Source: an uncultured Prevotellaceae bacterium (GTDB lineage: Bacteria; Bacteroidota; Bacteroidia; Bacteroidales; Bacteroidaceae). Taken from it: DNA of 59,258 nucleotides. Below are positions 39,717-50,139 of the stretch, in pieces. Position numbers and translations under genes: made by a program. The notes beneath the pieces were generated by a model, which worked only from the letters and a program-made list of their open reading frames with translations, ran no database searches and was not told the origin of the DNA. The number at the start of each line of letters is the position of its first letter. Position 1 is the stretch's first letter. The stretch is from contig CAMVJO010000001.1 in assembly GCA_947167835.1 (NCBI GenBank), positions 1 to 59,258 on the forward strand, written 5' to 3'.

Positions 39717-40922
39717 CTATTTTTTTGTTTGATTGTCTTGTATTTCATCCAATACGGATGCATGGCGGCGAAGTGTGGGATGCGAATCAACAAGGTCGAT
39801 GATGACTTCGTTATTCAGGTCTTCGATTTCGTAAAGGAAGACACGATGATGCCTACGTCCCTTCTTAGCCTGTGCTGGGTAGTACTTTCTGAGGCGTTCG
39901 GCCTGACGGAATGTATATTCGTCGTCATTTTGTTCGTCTTCTGTGTCTTCCTCGAAACCGGAAGCCAGAATCGTCACCTTAATGGCGGCGCCCATGCTTT
40001 CGTCTGTGGCCAAACCGTATTTTACCGTCACATTCTTACTGAAACGATTGACAAAACCATTGATTTCGTCCATCTCGGTGGTTTGAAATCCTTTCTCGCT
40101 GTCAGGACTGAACGTGAGAAGCATCACTACCCGCTTGGCCTTGAAGATATTGTCGTTGTTAAGCAGCGGAGAGTTCAAGGCATTGTCGATTGCCTTCGTC
40201 AAACGATTGTATCCCTCGGCAATACCTGTGGACATGTGGGCGAAACCACCATTTCGGAGCACAGTTTCTATATCGCGGAAGTCAAGATTCCACAATCCGT
40301 GCATATTTACGATTTCCACAATCGAACCTACTGCCACGTTGAGTATATCATCGCTTCGTTTGAAGGCATTTATCACCGAGAGATCCTGATATACTTCGCG
40401 CAATCGCTCGTTGTTGATTACCAAAAGGGCATCTACGTTTTTGCGCATCTCCTCAAGTCCTTCGATGGCCTTATGTATTTTCGTTTCGAGCTCGAAAAGG
40501 AAAGGCAAGGTCACCACTCCGATGGTAAGGATGCCCTTGCGCATGGCTTCGCGGGCAATTACGGGAGCTGCTCCCGTACCTGTTCCACCACCCATGCCGG
40601 CTGTTACGAAAACCATCTTGGTTCTTTCGTCCAATTCCTGCTTGATTTTTTCAAGACTGGCCTCAGCCAAGCGGTTTCCTACGATAGGATTACCGCCGGC
40701 TCCGAGACCTTCTTCGCCAAGTTGGAGTTGATTTGGAACAGGTGAGTCTTCCAGTTGCTTCTTGTCGGTATTGCAGACAAGATAATTGACATCCTGCATA
40801 TTACCCACGCGAAACATGTGGGCAACGGAGTTGTTTCCGCCACCGCCTACGCCAATCACCTTGATAATCTTTGACGAATGTGGATCCAGGTCGGCTATTT
40901 CTATGATATCGTCGTCAAACAC
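39717..40922 (-). CDS. ftsZ: Cell division protein FtsZ, second (divergent) paralogue
   Basis: 'IKVIGVGGGGNN', tubulin signature 'AGMGGGTGTGAAPV', T7 loop 'NLDFRDI'; GTG start. Confidence 0.88.
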   Translation of the reverse strand: MFDDDIIEIADLDPHSSKIIKVIGVGGGGNNSVAHMFRVGNMQDVNYLVCNTDKKQLEDSPVPNQLQLGEEGLGAGGNPIVGNRLAEASLEKIKQELDERTKMVFVTAGMGGGTGTGAAPVIAREAMRKGILTIGVVTLPFLFELETKIHKAIEGLEEMRKNVDALLVINNERLREVYQDLSVINAFKRSDDILNVAVGSIVEIVNMHGLWNLDFRDIETVLRNGGFAHMSTGIAEGYNRLTKAIDNALNSPLLNNDNIFKAKRVVMLLTFSPDSEKGFQTTEMDEINGFVNRFSKNVTVKYGLATDESMGAAIKVTILASGFEEDTEDEQNDDEYTFRQAERLRKYYPAQAKKGRRHHRVFLYEIEDLNNEVIIDLVDSHPTLRRHASVLDEIQDNQTKK

Positions 40923-40948
40923 TATTAAAAATCGGTTTATAGTTTGTT

Positions 40949-42250
40949 TTAGAATACAATAGTTGCAGAGTCCATAGGAATATCCTCCGGTTCGATGGCA
41001 ATTTCGGAATAGGACTTCGACTTGATTTCGTTAAGTGTTTCCTTACTGCGCTTGTATGTCGGGGTCATTTCCACCAGACTGATGACTTCTTCATCATTCA
41101 GGTCGTTAGGATTGAAAAGGAAGATGCGCGCTTTGCGTCGTTGGCTGCCATGTTTGTCGGCATTGCCGTAATAAATGCTTCTGCGCTCTTCAATTTCTTC
41201 TTGGCGTTCCAAATCTTTCTGAAGCTTCTGCTCCTTCTCGTTATCGAGGTGGCTTTGCATTCCGGGTACGTTGGCAATTCCGAATCCTGTGGCGAGGATG
41301 GTGATTTTTACTTTCTTTCCGAGTGTGGGATCGGTAGAAAGTCCCCATTTCACCTCCACATCATCGTGGAACTTCGACATAAACTCGTTCACGTCGTTGA
41401 TTTCTTCCATCATCAGTGTCTCGCCCTCTTTCTCGGCACAGAAAGAAATGGAGAGCAGCACCTTCTTGGAATTGAATACGTCGTTATTGTTCAATAGCGG
41501 TGAATTAAGTGCATCTTCTATCGCCTTTGTCACACGTCCTTCGCCCTCTCCGTATCCAGTAGACATGATTGCTACGCCGCCATCCTTGAGTACGGTGCAA
41601 ACATCTCGGAAGTCGAGGTTGATAATGCCGTGCATGGTGATAATTTCCGAAATGCTTTTTGCAGCAATCGACAGCGTACTGTCGGCTTTCTCGAAGGCAG
41701 AGAGCACATTCAGGTCGGGATAAATTTCACGCAGGCGTTCATTATTGATTACCAGGAGGGCATCAACGTGTTTCGAGATTTCCTCCACACCATCTAAGGC
41801 CTGGTCAATTTTCATGTTGCCCTCGAAAAGGAAAGGTATGGTAACAATTCCCACAGTGAGGATGCCCATTGCTTTTGCTTCGCGGGCCACAACGGGTGCT
41901 GCGCCAGTTCCGGTACCGCCTCCCATTCCTGCTGTAATAAATACCATCTTGGTTTCTTTACCCAGCATCTTGCGGATGTCCTCTACGCTTTCTTCGGCAG
42001 CTTGTCGGGCACGTTCGGGACGGTTGCCGGCTCCCAGACCTTCTTTTCCCAGTTGCAGGCGAATGGGTACGGGAGAATCGCACAAAGCCTTGCTATCGGT
42101 GTTACAAAGTACGAAGTTTACGTCGTGTATTCCTTCGCGATACATGTGGTTTACGGCATTTCCGCCTCCTCCTCCCACGCCAATTACTTTGATGATGCTG
42201 GGAGTTGTGCTGGGAACGCACATATCTATTAAATCATTATTGTCAAACAT
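40949..42250 (-). CDS. ftsZ: Cell division protein FtsZ
   Basis: 'IKVIGVGGGGGNAVN', 'GLGAGNRPE', 'AGMGGGTGTGAAPV', 'INLDFRDV'; follows ftsA. Confidence 0.95.
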   Translation of the reverse strand: MFDNNDLIDMCVPSTTPSIIKVIGVGGGGGNAVNHMYREGIHDVNFVLCNTDSKALCDSPVPIRLQLGKEGLGAGNRPERARQAAEESVEDIRKMLGKETKMVFITAGMGGGTGTGAAPVVAREAKAMGILTVGIVTIPFLFEGNMKIDQALDGVEEISKHVDALLVINNERLREIYPDLNVLSAFEKADSTLSIAAKSISEIITMHGIINLDFRDVCTVLKDGGVAIMSTGYGEGEGRVTKAIEDALNSPLLNNNDVFNSKKVLLSISFCAEKEGETLMMEEINDVNEFMSKFHDDVEVKWGLSTDPTLGKKVKITILATGFGIANVPGMQSHLDNEKEQKLQKDLERQEEIEERRSIYYGNADKHGSQRRKARIFLFNPNDLNDEEVISLVEMTPTYKRSKETLNEIKSKSYSEIAIEPEDIPMDSATIVF

Positions 42251-42445
42251 AGAACTATCTGTTGTTTTTGAAGTTTCCTGTTATTATTTAAATAAGGAGT
42301 GTATGTAAGAATTCGGTAGTGTGGCATAAATTCCTGGATTCCGGGAAATCCGCCTCGCTTTCAAAGACTTTCTGCGTGTTCTCGGGAACACCTTTTTCGA
42401 TAGTAGGCCGTTATGTTTTGGTAAGAGGTATCACCTGTTTTTTGC

Positions 42446-42542
42446 AAGGGACATCTTTTTTAAGATAAGGCACATCTTCTAAAAGATAAGGGACATCTTC
42501 TAAAAGATAAGGCACATCTTTGGCGAGATGTGGCACCTCTTT
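42446..42542. repeat. Tandem 21-bp quasi-palindromic array (AAGG[GC]ACATCTTnnnnnAGAT) between ftsA and ftsZ
   Basis: Units start at 42446, 42467, 42488 and 42509, with a partial unit at 42530. Confidence 0.85.
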
Positions 42543-42637
42543 CCGATTGCGGGGAACTGCTTTCTTTTTTTCGGGGAATCGTCTTTTAATGCTGGGGCAG
42601 AAAAATCTGTTTTCTCAGAATCAGGCGTAATTACTCG

Positions 42638-44041
42638 TTATTCGTCTTCGCCTACTACCTTTTCTGCAAATCCTTTGATTTTCTTTCCTACATTATTCCA
42701 CCACAATCTGCGATTTTCCTTCTTCTGCTTCTTTGCAGCTTCGGCAGCAGCAGCTTCTTCGGCGGCTTGCTTATCTGCAAGTTCCTTTTCTTTTCTGATG
42801 CGCTCGGCTTCGGCTTCTTGTTTAGCCTGCTCTGGATTTGTTTCAGGCGTGCGTTCTTCAAAGAGGTCTTGGCCCTGTCCTAAAGCTCCCGTGCAGCAGT
42901 TTACGTTGCCTTGCTCAATGAGTGCCAGCACGGTATTAAATGATCCGTTCTGGTTGAAATCGGCTCTTTGGCAGCGGCTCTGCAGGCGCATGGTCGAGCT
43001 TGTGCGCACTTTGTTTATCTTTGTCAGCATGCGGAAGGCAGCATCGATATTTTTCGTCCTCGAAACGCCACCGGTAAGCACGATACCGCCGATTAACTGT
43101 GCAGCAGTATATTTTGACAGTTCGATTTGGTGATTTACGTTGGAGATAATTTCCTCCAGGCGTGCACCTACCAGTTCTTTAAGGTCATTAAGCGGGAAAG
43201 AGCGTCCGTCTCTCAGAGAGAAGGTCTCGGTATTCTCGTCATCAATGTCTTCTATTGCAAAATCGTACCTGAGTTTCAGTGCTTCGGCCTCATCTCTTTC
43301 GATTTCAAAAGCCTGCATGATGTCGTTGGTGATATTAAATCCTCCCAAAGGCAGGATGGCCATGTGGCGGAGCAGAGAGCCTTTGAAAACAGCCACAGCC
43401 GTTGTCTCAGCGCCCATATCTACGAACACGCAGCCTGAACGTCTTTCGCTGTCTGTCGTAATTTGTGGAGCCAAAACCAGGGCAGAAATGGGAGTATCTA
43501 CGATTTCCATCTTTCCCTCGCGGAAACATTCTGCCATATTCTGGCGCATTGTACGATTGATGAGGATATTCAGGAATTTTCCCTCGATGTGGTTAGCCAA
43601 AATACCGATGGGTTCGGTAGTAGGTTGGGAACCCAGACGGAATTCCTGCTTAATTGTTTCGAGAATCTCGCGCTCGGGAGTTTCTGCCCGCTTGTTGTCT
43701 TCCTCAATGCTGTCAATAACTTCGGGCGTTACCTTAATTGTCTCGGGAAAGTCGCGCATCACGTTGTTTGGTGTGGTATGCAGTCCCATACCTCCGATAC
43801 CTACGTAGAGACGTCCTACGGACATATTGAGTTTGCCTTCTAATTGGTTTTTTATGTTGGCTACACAAAGCGACATCTTGTCTAAATTGTTGATAGCGCC
43901 CTTTCTGATAAAGAAATCAGAGGGCTCCTGAGTGTAAGCCAGCACTTTGATGGCGCCATCGGCCTGCTTTTGTCCGGCGGCGGCGGTGACTTTGGAGGAA
44001 CCTAACTCCATTGCCACGATAAAGTTGTCTGTCTGTGCCAT
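42638..44041 (-). CDS. ftsA: Cell division protein FtsA
   Basis: 'VAMELGSSKV', 'VDMGAETT', 'GGFNITNDI', 'IVLTGGVS'; C-terminal amphipathic helix. Confidence 0.93.
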   Translation of the reverse strand: MAQTDNFIVAMELGSSKVTAAAGQKQADGAIKVLAYTQEPSDFFIRKGAINNLDKMSLCVANIKNQLEGKLNMSVGRLYVGIGGMGLHTTPNNVMRDFPETIKVTPEVIDSIEEDNKRAETPEREILETIKQEFRLGSQPTTEPIGILANHIEGKFLNILINRTMRQNMAECFREGKMEIVDTPISALVLAPQITTDSERRSGCVFVDMGAETTAVAVFKGSLLRHMAILPLGGFNITNDIMQAFEIERDEAEALKLRYDFAIEDIDDENTETFSLRDGRSFPLNDLKELVGARLEEIISNVNHQIELSKYTAAQLIGGIVLTGGVSRTKNIDAAFRMLTKINKVRTSSTMRLQSRCQRADFNQNGSFNTVLALIEQGNVNCCTGALGQGQDLFEERTPETNPEQAKQEAEAERIRKEKELADKQAAEEAAAAEAAKKQKKENRRLWWNNVGKKIKGFAEKVVGEDE

Positions 44042-44087
44042 TTATTTGAATTTTTTTATTTTTTGTTCGTATGATTGTTTAATAAAT

Positions 44088-44816
44088 CTAACTTTCCGAT
44101 TTTGTGCAGATAATTTGGTTGGTGTGTTCGGCATTTATGCGCGAATATTTGTTCCATCCCACCTGAGGCATCACCTTTTTATAGAAAGAGGTGAGGTTTC
44201 TCAGTTTTTTGTTGAAGTCTGTTGAATCGCCCATCATAATGATGTGATTTCCTACGCGAGGTATCAGTATGATATCGCCGTTTTCCTCTATTTGGATCTG
44301 CTCTATCATATTGTTCCAGAAATCTTTTTCGACGAGGCTATGGCCTATCATCTTCAATGTCGTCTCGGCATATTTTTTCGAGATATGTCCTGTCGCTACA
44401 ATCAGGTTTGCGCTATATCCCTGCGGATTCATGGCACGTCCGGTCTCGTCTATGTAATAATCCTGCCCATTGTCTGCCAAAACCCTGAGCAACGGCAAAC
44501 GTTGTGTCACGATAATATTTACCACTCCGCCCGGCGATTTGTAGCAGTTGGCATTTTTGATGAAGGAATTCCGCATCAAATGATTTTCTATGTCGGCTCC
44601 GTGGATGGAATCCATGAGCAATCCTACGGGATTTACCTTCTGTATCATTTTTCTCACCTCAGCCTGTGTGATAAAACCGGCTTTCGCACTATCTACGATG
44701 CAGATATTCACGGTTTTGCACACTTCATCGCTGCCTTTGAAGGGAAACGTGAAGAAGGCGTAGATCAAATAACCTGCAAGTACCAGGCAAAGGATGAGTT
44801 TCAGAATGGTTTTCAT
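44088..44816 (-). CDS. ftsQ: Cell division protein FtsQ/DivIB-like
   Basis: N-terminal TM, POTRA-like region, 'LIPRVGNH', 'GWNKYSRI..NQIICTK'; between murC and ftsA. Confidence 0.85.
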   Translation of the reverse strand: MKTILKLILCLVLAGYLIYAFFTFPFKGSDEVCKTVNICIVDSAKAGFITQAEVRKMIQKVNPVGLLMDSIHGADIENHLMRNSFIKNANCYKSPGGVVNIIVTQRLPLLRVLADNGQDYYIDETGRAMNPQGYSANLIVATGHISKKYAETTLKMIGHSLVEKDFWNNMIEQIQIEENGDIILIPRVGNHIIMMGDSTDFNKKLRNLTSFYKKVMPQVGWNKYSRINAEHTNQIICTKSES

Positions 44817-44846
44817 GCAATGTGTGCAATAAAAAAGTGTCTGTTC

Positions 44847-46223
44847 TTAGTTGTCTTTCTGTTTCGTGATTTCTGCCAATTTTGGCGTGAAGACATCAAT
44901 ATCGCCTGCGCCGAGAATAACGAGCACGTCGAAGTCTTCGTCTTTTACTATCCCTGCTAAATCTTCTTTGTGCACCATACGTTTTTTTACGTCGGGCTTG
45001 ATTTCGTCAAAGATGATTTTACTGCTTACTCCCTCTATGGGAAGTTCGCGTGCAGGGTAGATATCGCACAAAAGCACCTCGTCGAGCAACGAAAGGCTGG
45101 CGGCAAAATCCTTGTAGAAGTCGCGAGTGCGAGAATACAGGTGAGGCTGGAAAACTCCCGTAATCCTACGTCCGTCAAACACCTCGCGAATACTCAGTAT
45201 GCTTTGCCTGATTTCCTCGGGGTGGTGGGCATAATCCGAAATCAGCACGTGGCGGTCGCTTTTTACGTGGAAGTCGAATCGGCGATCCACGCCACCGAAT
45301 GTTTTCATGGCTTGCTTGATTTCTTCTGCCGTAGCGCCGGCGATTTGTGCCAGGGCCATGGCTGCAATGCCGTTGTCAATATTGATGCTCACGGGTACAC
45401 CGAGTTCGATGTCCTGGATATTTCCGAAGGGCGACACGAGGTCGAACACGATGCGGCCACCGCCAATGTGTATGTGCTCGGCATGGAAATCTCCCTCCGT
45501 ACGACTGTATGTAAACAGGCGGACACCATCTTGCAGGTCGGGCTTCATTTCCAATCCCGTGTGGATAACCAATGCTCCCTCGGACTGAATCAGATGGCTA
45601 TAGTGGCGGAAACTTTCCAGATACGCCTCTTTCGTTCCGTAGATGTCCAGATGATCGGGATCGGTGGAGGTTATTACCGAAGCGTAGGGACGCAGATGAT
45701 GGAATGAGCGGTCAAACTCATCCGCTTCGATAACTACGAAAGGCGATGTGGGCGAAACCAGGTAGTTTGTGCCGTAGTTCTTTGTGATACCTCCCAGAAA
45801 TGCGCTGCAATCTACCTTGCTCTGTCGCATAATGTGGGCAGTCATTGCCGATGTGGTCGTCTTTCCGTGTGTTCCTGCTATGCAAAGTCCTTTTTTGCGG
45901 CGAGTAAGCGTTCCTAATACCTCGGCGCGTTTTTGTATGGTGAAGCCTTTATCGCGGAAATACTGCAATTCGCTATGGGAGTCGGGAATAGCGGGCGTAT
46001 ATACCACCAAAGTAGTTTCTTTGTCCAAGCAGGCAGCGGGAATCTGCCTGACGTTATCTTCAAAGTGCAGCAAAGCGCCTTCGGCCTCCAGTTCTTTTGT
46101 CAGCGGTGTAGGGGTACGGTCGTATCCGCCTACGGTAATGCCTTGTGTGAGGAAGTAACGCTCTAATGCGCTCATGCCAATTCCTCCTGCTCCGATGAAA
46201 TAAACTGATTTGATGTCCTTCAT
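44847..46223 (-). CDS. murC: UDP-N-acetylmuramate--L-alanine ligase
   Basis: 'FIGAGGIGMSAL', 'IAGTHGKTTT', 'EADEFDRSF', 'DYAHHP', 'FQPHLYSRT'. Confidence 0.95.
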   Translation of the reverse strand: MKDIKSVYFIGAGGIGMSALERYFLTQGITVGGYDRTPTPLTKELEAEGALLHFEDNVRQIPAACLDKETTLVVYTPAIPDSHSELQYFRDKGFTIQKRAEVLGTLTRRKKGLCIAGTHGKTTTSAMTAHIMRQSKVDCSAFLGGITKNYGTNYLVSPTSPFVVIEADEFDRSFHHLRPYASVITSTDPDHLDIYGTKEAYLESFRHYSHLIQSEGALVIHTGLEMKPDLQDGVRLFTYSRTEGDFHAEHIHIGGGRIVFDLVSPFGNIQDIELGVPVSINIDNGIAAMALAQIAGATAEEIKQAMKTFGGVDRRFDFHVKSDRHVLISDYAHHPEEIRQSILSIREVFDGRRITGVFQPHLYSRTRDFYKDFAASLSLLDEVLLCDIYPARELPIEGVSSKIIFDEIKPDVKKRMVHKEDLAGIVKDEDFDVLVILGAGDIDVFTPKLAEITKQKDN

Positions 46224-46233
46224 GTTTTTTTTC

Positions 46234-47346
46234 TTACTTGTTGATAAGTTTTAATGCTTCGTCTGCAATATCCGATGCCGCATTGGGCAAAGCCATTTCG
46301 AGAATATTCTTACTGAGTGACTGCAATTTCTCGGTATCTCCCACCGTGTTGATAGCCAATGGGATGAGCGTTTGCTGAGCCTCGCTGTCTTTCACATATA
46401 TGGCGGCATCGTTTTGGACGAGTGCCAGCGCATTTTTCGTTTGGTGGTCTTCCGAAACGTTTGGCGAGGGAACCAAAATGACAGGTTTGCCCAACGCGCA
46501 GAATTCGCTGATGCTTCCGGCACCGGCACGGGAGATGACAAGGTCGGCGGCGGCGTATGCAGCATTCATGTCGCTAATGAAATCAAGCACTACGAGATTT
46601 TCGGGCTTTTTCAGTGACGAAAGCCTCGTTTGTATCTCTTCGCTGTAATATTTTCCGGTCTGCCAAATAAACTGTACCGACTTCTGCTGCGCAATCAGGT
46701 TGATATAGCCCAATATGCTCTCGTTGAGTGTGCGTGCTCCGAGCGAACCGCCCACTATCAGTATGGTACGTTTCTCAGGGTCGAGGCCAAAGGTTTTGAT
46801 ACCGGCTTCGTGACTCACTTGTGCCGTGAGCAGATTCTGTCGGATAGGATTACCGGTTTTTATGATGACATCGGCGGGGAAAAAGCGTTCCATTCCGTCG
46901 TATGCCACGCATATTTTCTTGGCTTTCTTGGCCAGAATCTTATTGGTCACGCCGGCAAAGGAGTTTTGCTCCTGCAACAATGTAGGTATGCCGGCATTGG
47001 CTGCTGCTTCGAGCGTAGGACCGCTGGCATAACCGCCCACACCGATGGCTATGTCGGGCTGAAATTCGCGTATGATTTGCTTAGCCATCCGTCGGCTGCG
47101 CATCAATTTGATTAGCACGGGAATGTTTTTCAACAGGTTCTTGCGATTGAAACCTGCTACGGGCAGACCTTTTATTTCGTAGCCGGCAGCCGGAACGCGC
47201 TGCATTTCCATGCGTCCTTCTGCGCCTACAAACAGGATTTCTGCGTCAGGACATTTCTCTTTCAGCGCATTCGCTATCGAAATAGCCGGGAAAATGTGTC
47301 CTCCCGTGCCGCCACCGCTGACTATCACCTTTATCTTCTTGCTCAT
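46234..47346 (-). CDS. murG: MurG glycosyltransferase
   Basis: 'SGGGTGGHIFPA', 'GGYASGP', 'GGSLGA', 'SRAGA', 'HQTKNA'. Confidence 0.95.
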   Translation of the reverse strand: MSKKIKVIVSGGGTGGHIFPAISIANALKEKCPDAEILFVGAEGRMEMQRVPAAGYEIKGLPVAGFNRKNLLKNIPVLIKLMRSRRMAKQIIREFQPDIAIGVGGYASGPTLEAAANAGIPTLLQEQNSFAGVTNKILAKKAKKICVAYDGMERFFPADVIIKTGNPIRQNLLTAQVSHEAGIKTFGLDPEKRTILIVGGSLGARTLNESILGYINLIAQQKSVQFIWQTGKYYSEEIQTRLSSLKKPENLVVLDFISDMNAAYAAADLVISRAGAGSISEFCALGKPVILVPSPNVSEDHQTKNALALVQNDAAIYVKDSEAQQTLIPLAINTVGDTEKLQSLSKNILEMALPNAASDIADEALKLINK

Positions 47347-47446
47347 CTTCTCTATATCTTTTTTCTGTTTCGAGGTCTTTCACGAATCCCTTTTACAAAT
47401 GGTTTCTTATGCTTTATTTTCCGTTCCTAATTCAGGTCTTTCCTTA

Positions 47447-47530
47447 TTCTCTTCGCGTTGAGAAAATTTTCTCATCGCGTTGAGAAAACATTCTCTTCGC
47501 CGTGAGACAAGATTCTCATCGCGATGAAAA
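47447..47530. repeat. Tandem array of four 22-bp palindromic units (TTCTCnnCGCGnnGAGAA)
   Basis: Units start at 47447, 47469, 47491 and 47513; same family as 21043. Confidence 0.85.
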
Positions 47531-47609
47531 TTTCTTTTGCCTGACTTTTCCCCGCAGATTTCTGCGTAAAAAGGGATTGTTTCCTGTGAAAGCTGATTGT
47601 CTCCCTTTG

Positions 47610-49088
47610 TTATTTGTTCAATCTCCAGGTAGCGCCGTCTTTTGTGTCCTTTACTTCAAATCCGAGTGCGGACAATTGGTCGCGAATCAAGTCGCTCGTA
47701 GCCCAATCCTTGGCAGCTTTTGCTTTTGCGCGGATGTCAAGCAACAAGTCTATGGCTTTTCCGAAACTTTCCTCGCGTTCGGCATTACCGCCTGCGGCTT
47801 CGTCGCGAAGTCCCAGGATGTCTTCTACGAAAGTATGGAACACCTTTCTAAGTTCCTCTAGACCTTCGCTCGTTATCGTCTGCTTCTTGTCCACTAACTG
47901 GTTGATAACGCGACACGCATCGAACAAATGGCTGATGACTATCGGAGAATTGAAGTCGTCGTCCATAGCTGTGTAGCAGTCGCTCGCCAGTTTTTCTGCA
48001 AAGTCCTTACCTACGCTTCCGTTTGCGACGGGCTCTATGCGTTGGAGTGCGTTATATCCTTCCATAAGTCGCTGCAAACCCTTGTTTGAAGCCTGCAATG
48101 CTTCGTTAGAGAAGTCCACCGTTGAGCGATAGTGGGCCTGAAGGATGAAGAATCGGATCGTCATGGGGCTATATGGCTGCTCCAATTTTTCATGTTCGCC
48201 GGTAAAGAACTGTTGTAAGGTAATGAAATTGCCAAGGCTCTTTCCCATCTTCTGACCGTTGATGGTAATCATGTTATTGTGCATCCAGTAGTGAACACAG
48301 TCGTCGCCTTGTGAAGCTACTGCCTGCGCAATTTCACATTCGTGGTGTGGAAAAACAAGATCCATGCCACCGCCGTGAATATCGAAGTGTTTTCCCAGAT
48401 ATTTGCGCCCCATTGCGGTACATTCGCAGTGCCAACCAGGGAAACCGTCGCTCCAAGGCGAAGGCCAGCGCATGATATGTTCGGGTTGTGCCTTTTTCCA
48501 AAGTGCAAAATCGACTTGGTTGTGTTTTTCGCCCACGCCATCCAATTGGCGACTGGCATTTATTACATCTTCCAGGTTTCTGCCCGAAAGTTTGCCGTAG
48601 CGATATTTCTTATTGTATTTCTCAACATCGAAATATATGGAGCCATTTGATTCGTAGGCGAAGCCGTTATCAAGTATCTCCTGCACCAGTGCTTCTTGTT
48701 CCATGATATGTCCACTGGCCTGGGGCTCAATGCTCGGTGGCAGCACGTTGAGTTGCTGCATGGCCTGATGAAAACGATTTATGTAGTATTGCGCTACTTC
48801 CATCGGCTCCAATTCTTCCAGTCGTGCTTTCTTAGCAATTTTATCCTCGCCTTCATCGGCATCGTGTTCCAGATGTCCTACGTCGGTAATGTTACGTACG
48901 TAACGCACTTTCAGACCTTTGTGTTGCAAGTAGCGGAATACGAGGTCGAAAGTAATGGCTGGGCGTGCGTGTCCCAGATGTGCATCGCCGTAAACCGTAG
49001 GTCCGCAGACATACATGCCCACATGCCCTGGGGTAAGGGGAACAAACTCTTCTTTCTTCTTTGTAAGTGTGTTATATATCTGAAGCAT
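47610..49088 (-). CDS. cysS: Cysteine--tRNA ligase
   Basis: '[15 protein letters not shown]', 'GWHCEC', 'HGGGMDL.FPHHECE', 'KMGKSLGN'. Confidence 0.96.
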   Translation of the reverse strand: MLQIYNTLTKKKEEFVPLTPGHVGMYVCGPTVYGDAHLGHARPAITFDLVFRYLQHKGLKVRYVRNITDVGHLEHDADEGEDKIAKKARLEELEPMEVAQYYINRFHQAMQQLNVLPPSIEPQASGHIMEQEALVQEILDNGFAYESNGSIYFDVEKYNKKYRYGKLSGRNLEDVINASRQLDGVGEKHNQVDFALWKKAQPEHIMRWPSPWSDGFPGWHCECTAMGRKYLGKHFDIHGGGMDLVFPHHECEIAQAVASQGDDCVHYWMHNNMITINGQKMGKSLGNFITLQQFFTGEHEKLEQPYSPMTIRFFILQAHYRSTVDFSNEALQASNKGLQRLMEGYNALQRIEPVANGSVGKDFAEKLASDCYTAMDDDFNSPIVISHLFDACRVINQLVDKKQTITSEGLEELRKVFHTFVEDILGLRDEAAGGNAEREESFGKAIDLLLDIRAKAKAAKDWATSDLIRDQLSALGFEVKDTKDGATWRLNK

Positions 49089-49125
49089 ATTTTTGTTATT
49101 ATGATATTTTCTTGTTTCTTTCTTT

Positions 49126-50139
49126 TTATTTCTCTCGTCTCAGGGGATATTGTTCGCGCAGGTGCTCGAAATCCTCGGGGTTTGCCTTGAGTTTTTGCGA
49201 ATCGTCCAGCGGATTATAGAATTGCAGCTTGCGTTCTATCACATCGTCGGACGTAATCACACCTTCAGGCAGGGTAGGGGGCTGTATGTCGAACTCCATA
49301 TCTATTCCGAAGAAGCGGGCTACGGCTTCGAGCGACATACGCGTGGCATTTGCCTTGCCGTCAGCGCTATAACCGGCTATATGGGGCGTTGCAATGAAGC
49401 TTTTTTGCAGCAGGTCGCGGTTGATATGCGGTTCGCCCTCCCAAGTGTCAATTACTGCGGCACGAACGATGCCTTGCTCCAAGGCTTGCAGCAATGCCTC
49501 GGTCTTGATAACCTCTCCTCGGCTGGTATTGATGATGACTGGCCTGCATTTCGTTCCGTTGAAGAAGGTTTCGCCGGCCATGTGCAGGGTAGCATATTCT
49601 CCTTCCGACGTAAGTGGCGTGTGAAAGGTGATAATGTCTGCCCGTTGCTGGATCTCGGCCAGTGAAACGAAGTAACCTCCCTCTTTTGCCTGGCGAGGTG
49701 GATCGCAACGCAGGACACTGCATCCCAGTTCGGCAGCAACTTTGGCTACCTTCGTGCCTACATGTCCTACTCCTACGATACCTATCGTACTATTCGACAA
49801 ATTGATGATGCCCTCCCTGTGGAGCAGAATCAGAGCGCTCTCCACATATTGTGCCACGCTTCCGGCATTGCATCCAGGGCAGTTTGTCCACGCTATGCCG
49901 GCCTGTTCCAGATATTCCGTGTCGATATGGTCGAAACCTATCGTAGCAGTTACCACAAGCTTCACGTTGCTGCCTTCAAGCAGGGAGCGGTTTACCTGTG
50001 TACGGGTGCGAACAATCAATGCGTCGGCATCTTTCACAAGTTCCGGCGTAAATTCGCTTCCTGCTGCGTAGGTAACTTCGCCTAATCGTTCGGCCTGTGA
50101 ACGGATGTAGGGTATTTTATTGTCTATTACGAGGCGCAT
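49126..50139 (-). CDS. pdxB: Erythronate-4-phosphate dehydrogenase
   Basis: 'ALIVRTRT', '[10 protein letters not shown]', 'PGCNAGSV', 'GVGHVG', '[12 protein letters not shown]'. Confidence 0.9.
   Translation of the reverse strand: MRLVIDNKIPYIRSQAERLGEVTYAAGSEFTPELVKDADALIVRTRTQVNRSLLEGSNVKLVVTATIGFDHIDTEYLEQAGIAWTNCPGCNAGSVAQYVESALILLHREGIINLSNSTIGIVGVGHVGTKVAKVAAELGCSVLRCDPPRQAKEGGYFVSLAEIQQRADIITFHTPLTSEGEYATLHMAGETFFNGTKCRPVIINTSRGEVIKTEALLQALEQGIVRAAVIDTWEGEPHINRDLLQKSFIATPHIAGYSADGKANATRMSLEAVARFFGIDMEFDIQPPTLPEGVITSDDVIERKLQFYNPLDDSQKLKANPEDFEHLREQYPLRREK

Noticed and set aside
39710-39793. N-terminal extensions in the ORF track (YqeY-family gene, sufS, rnhB, GH20, DUF5106, GlsB-family gene)
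   Set aside because: Downstream ATGs give family-typical N-termini or signal peptides and avoid overlaps.
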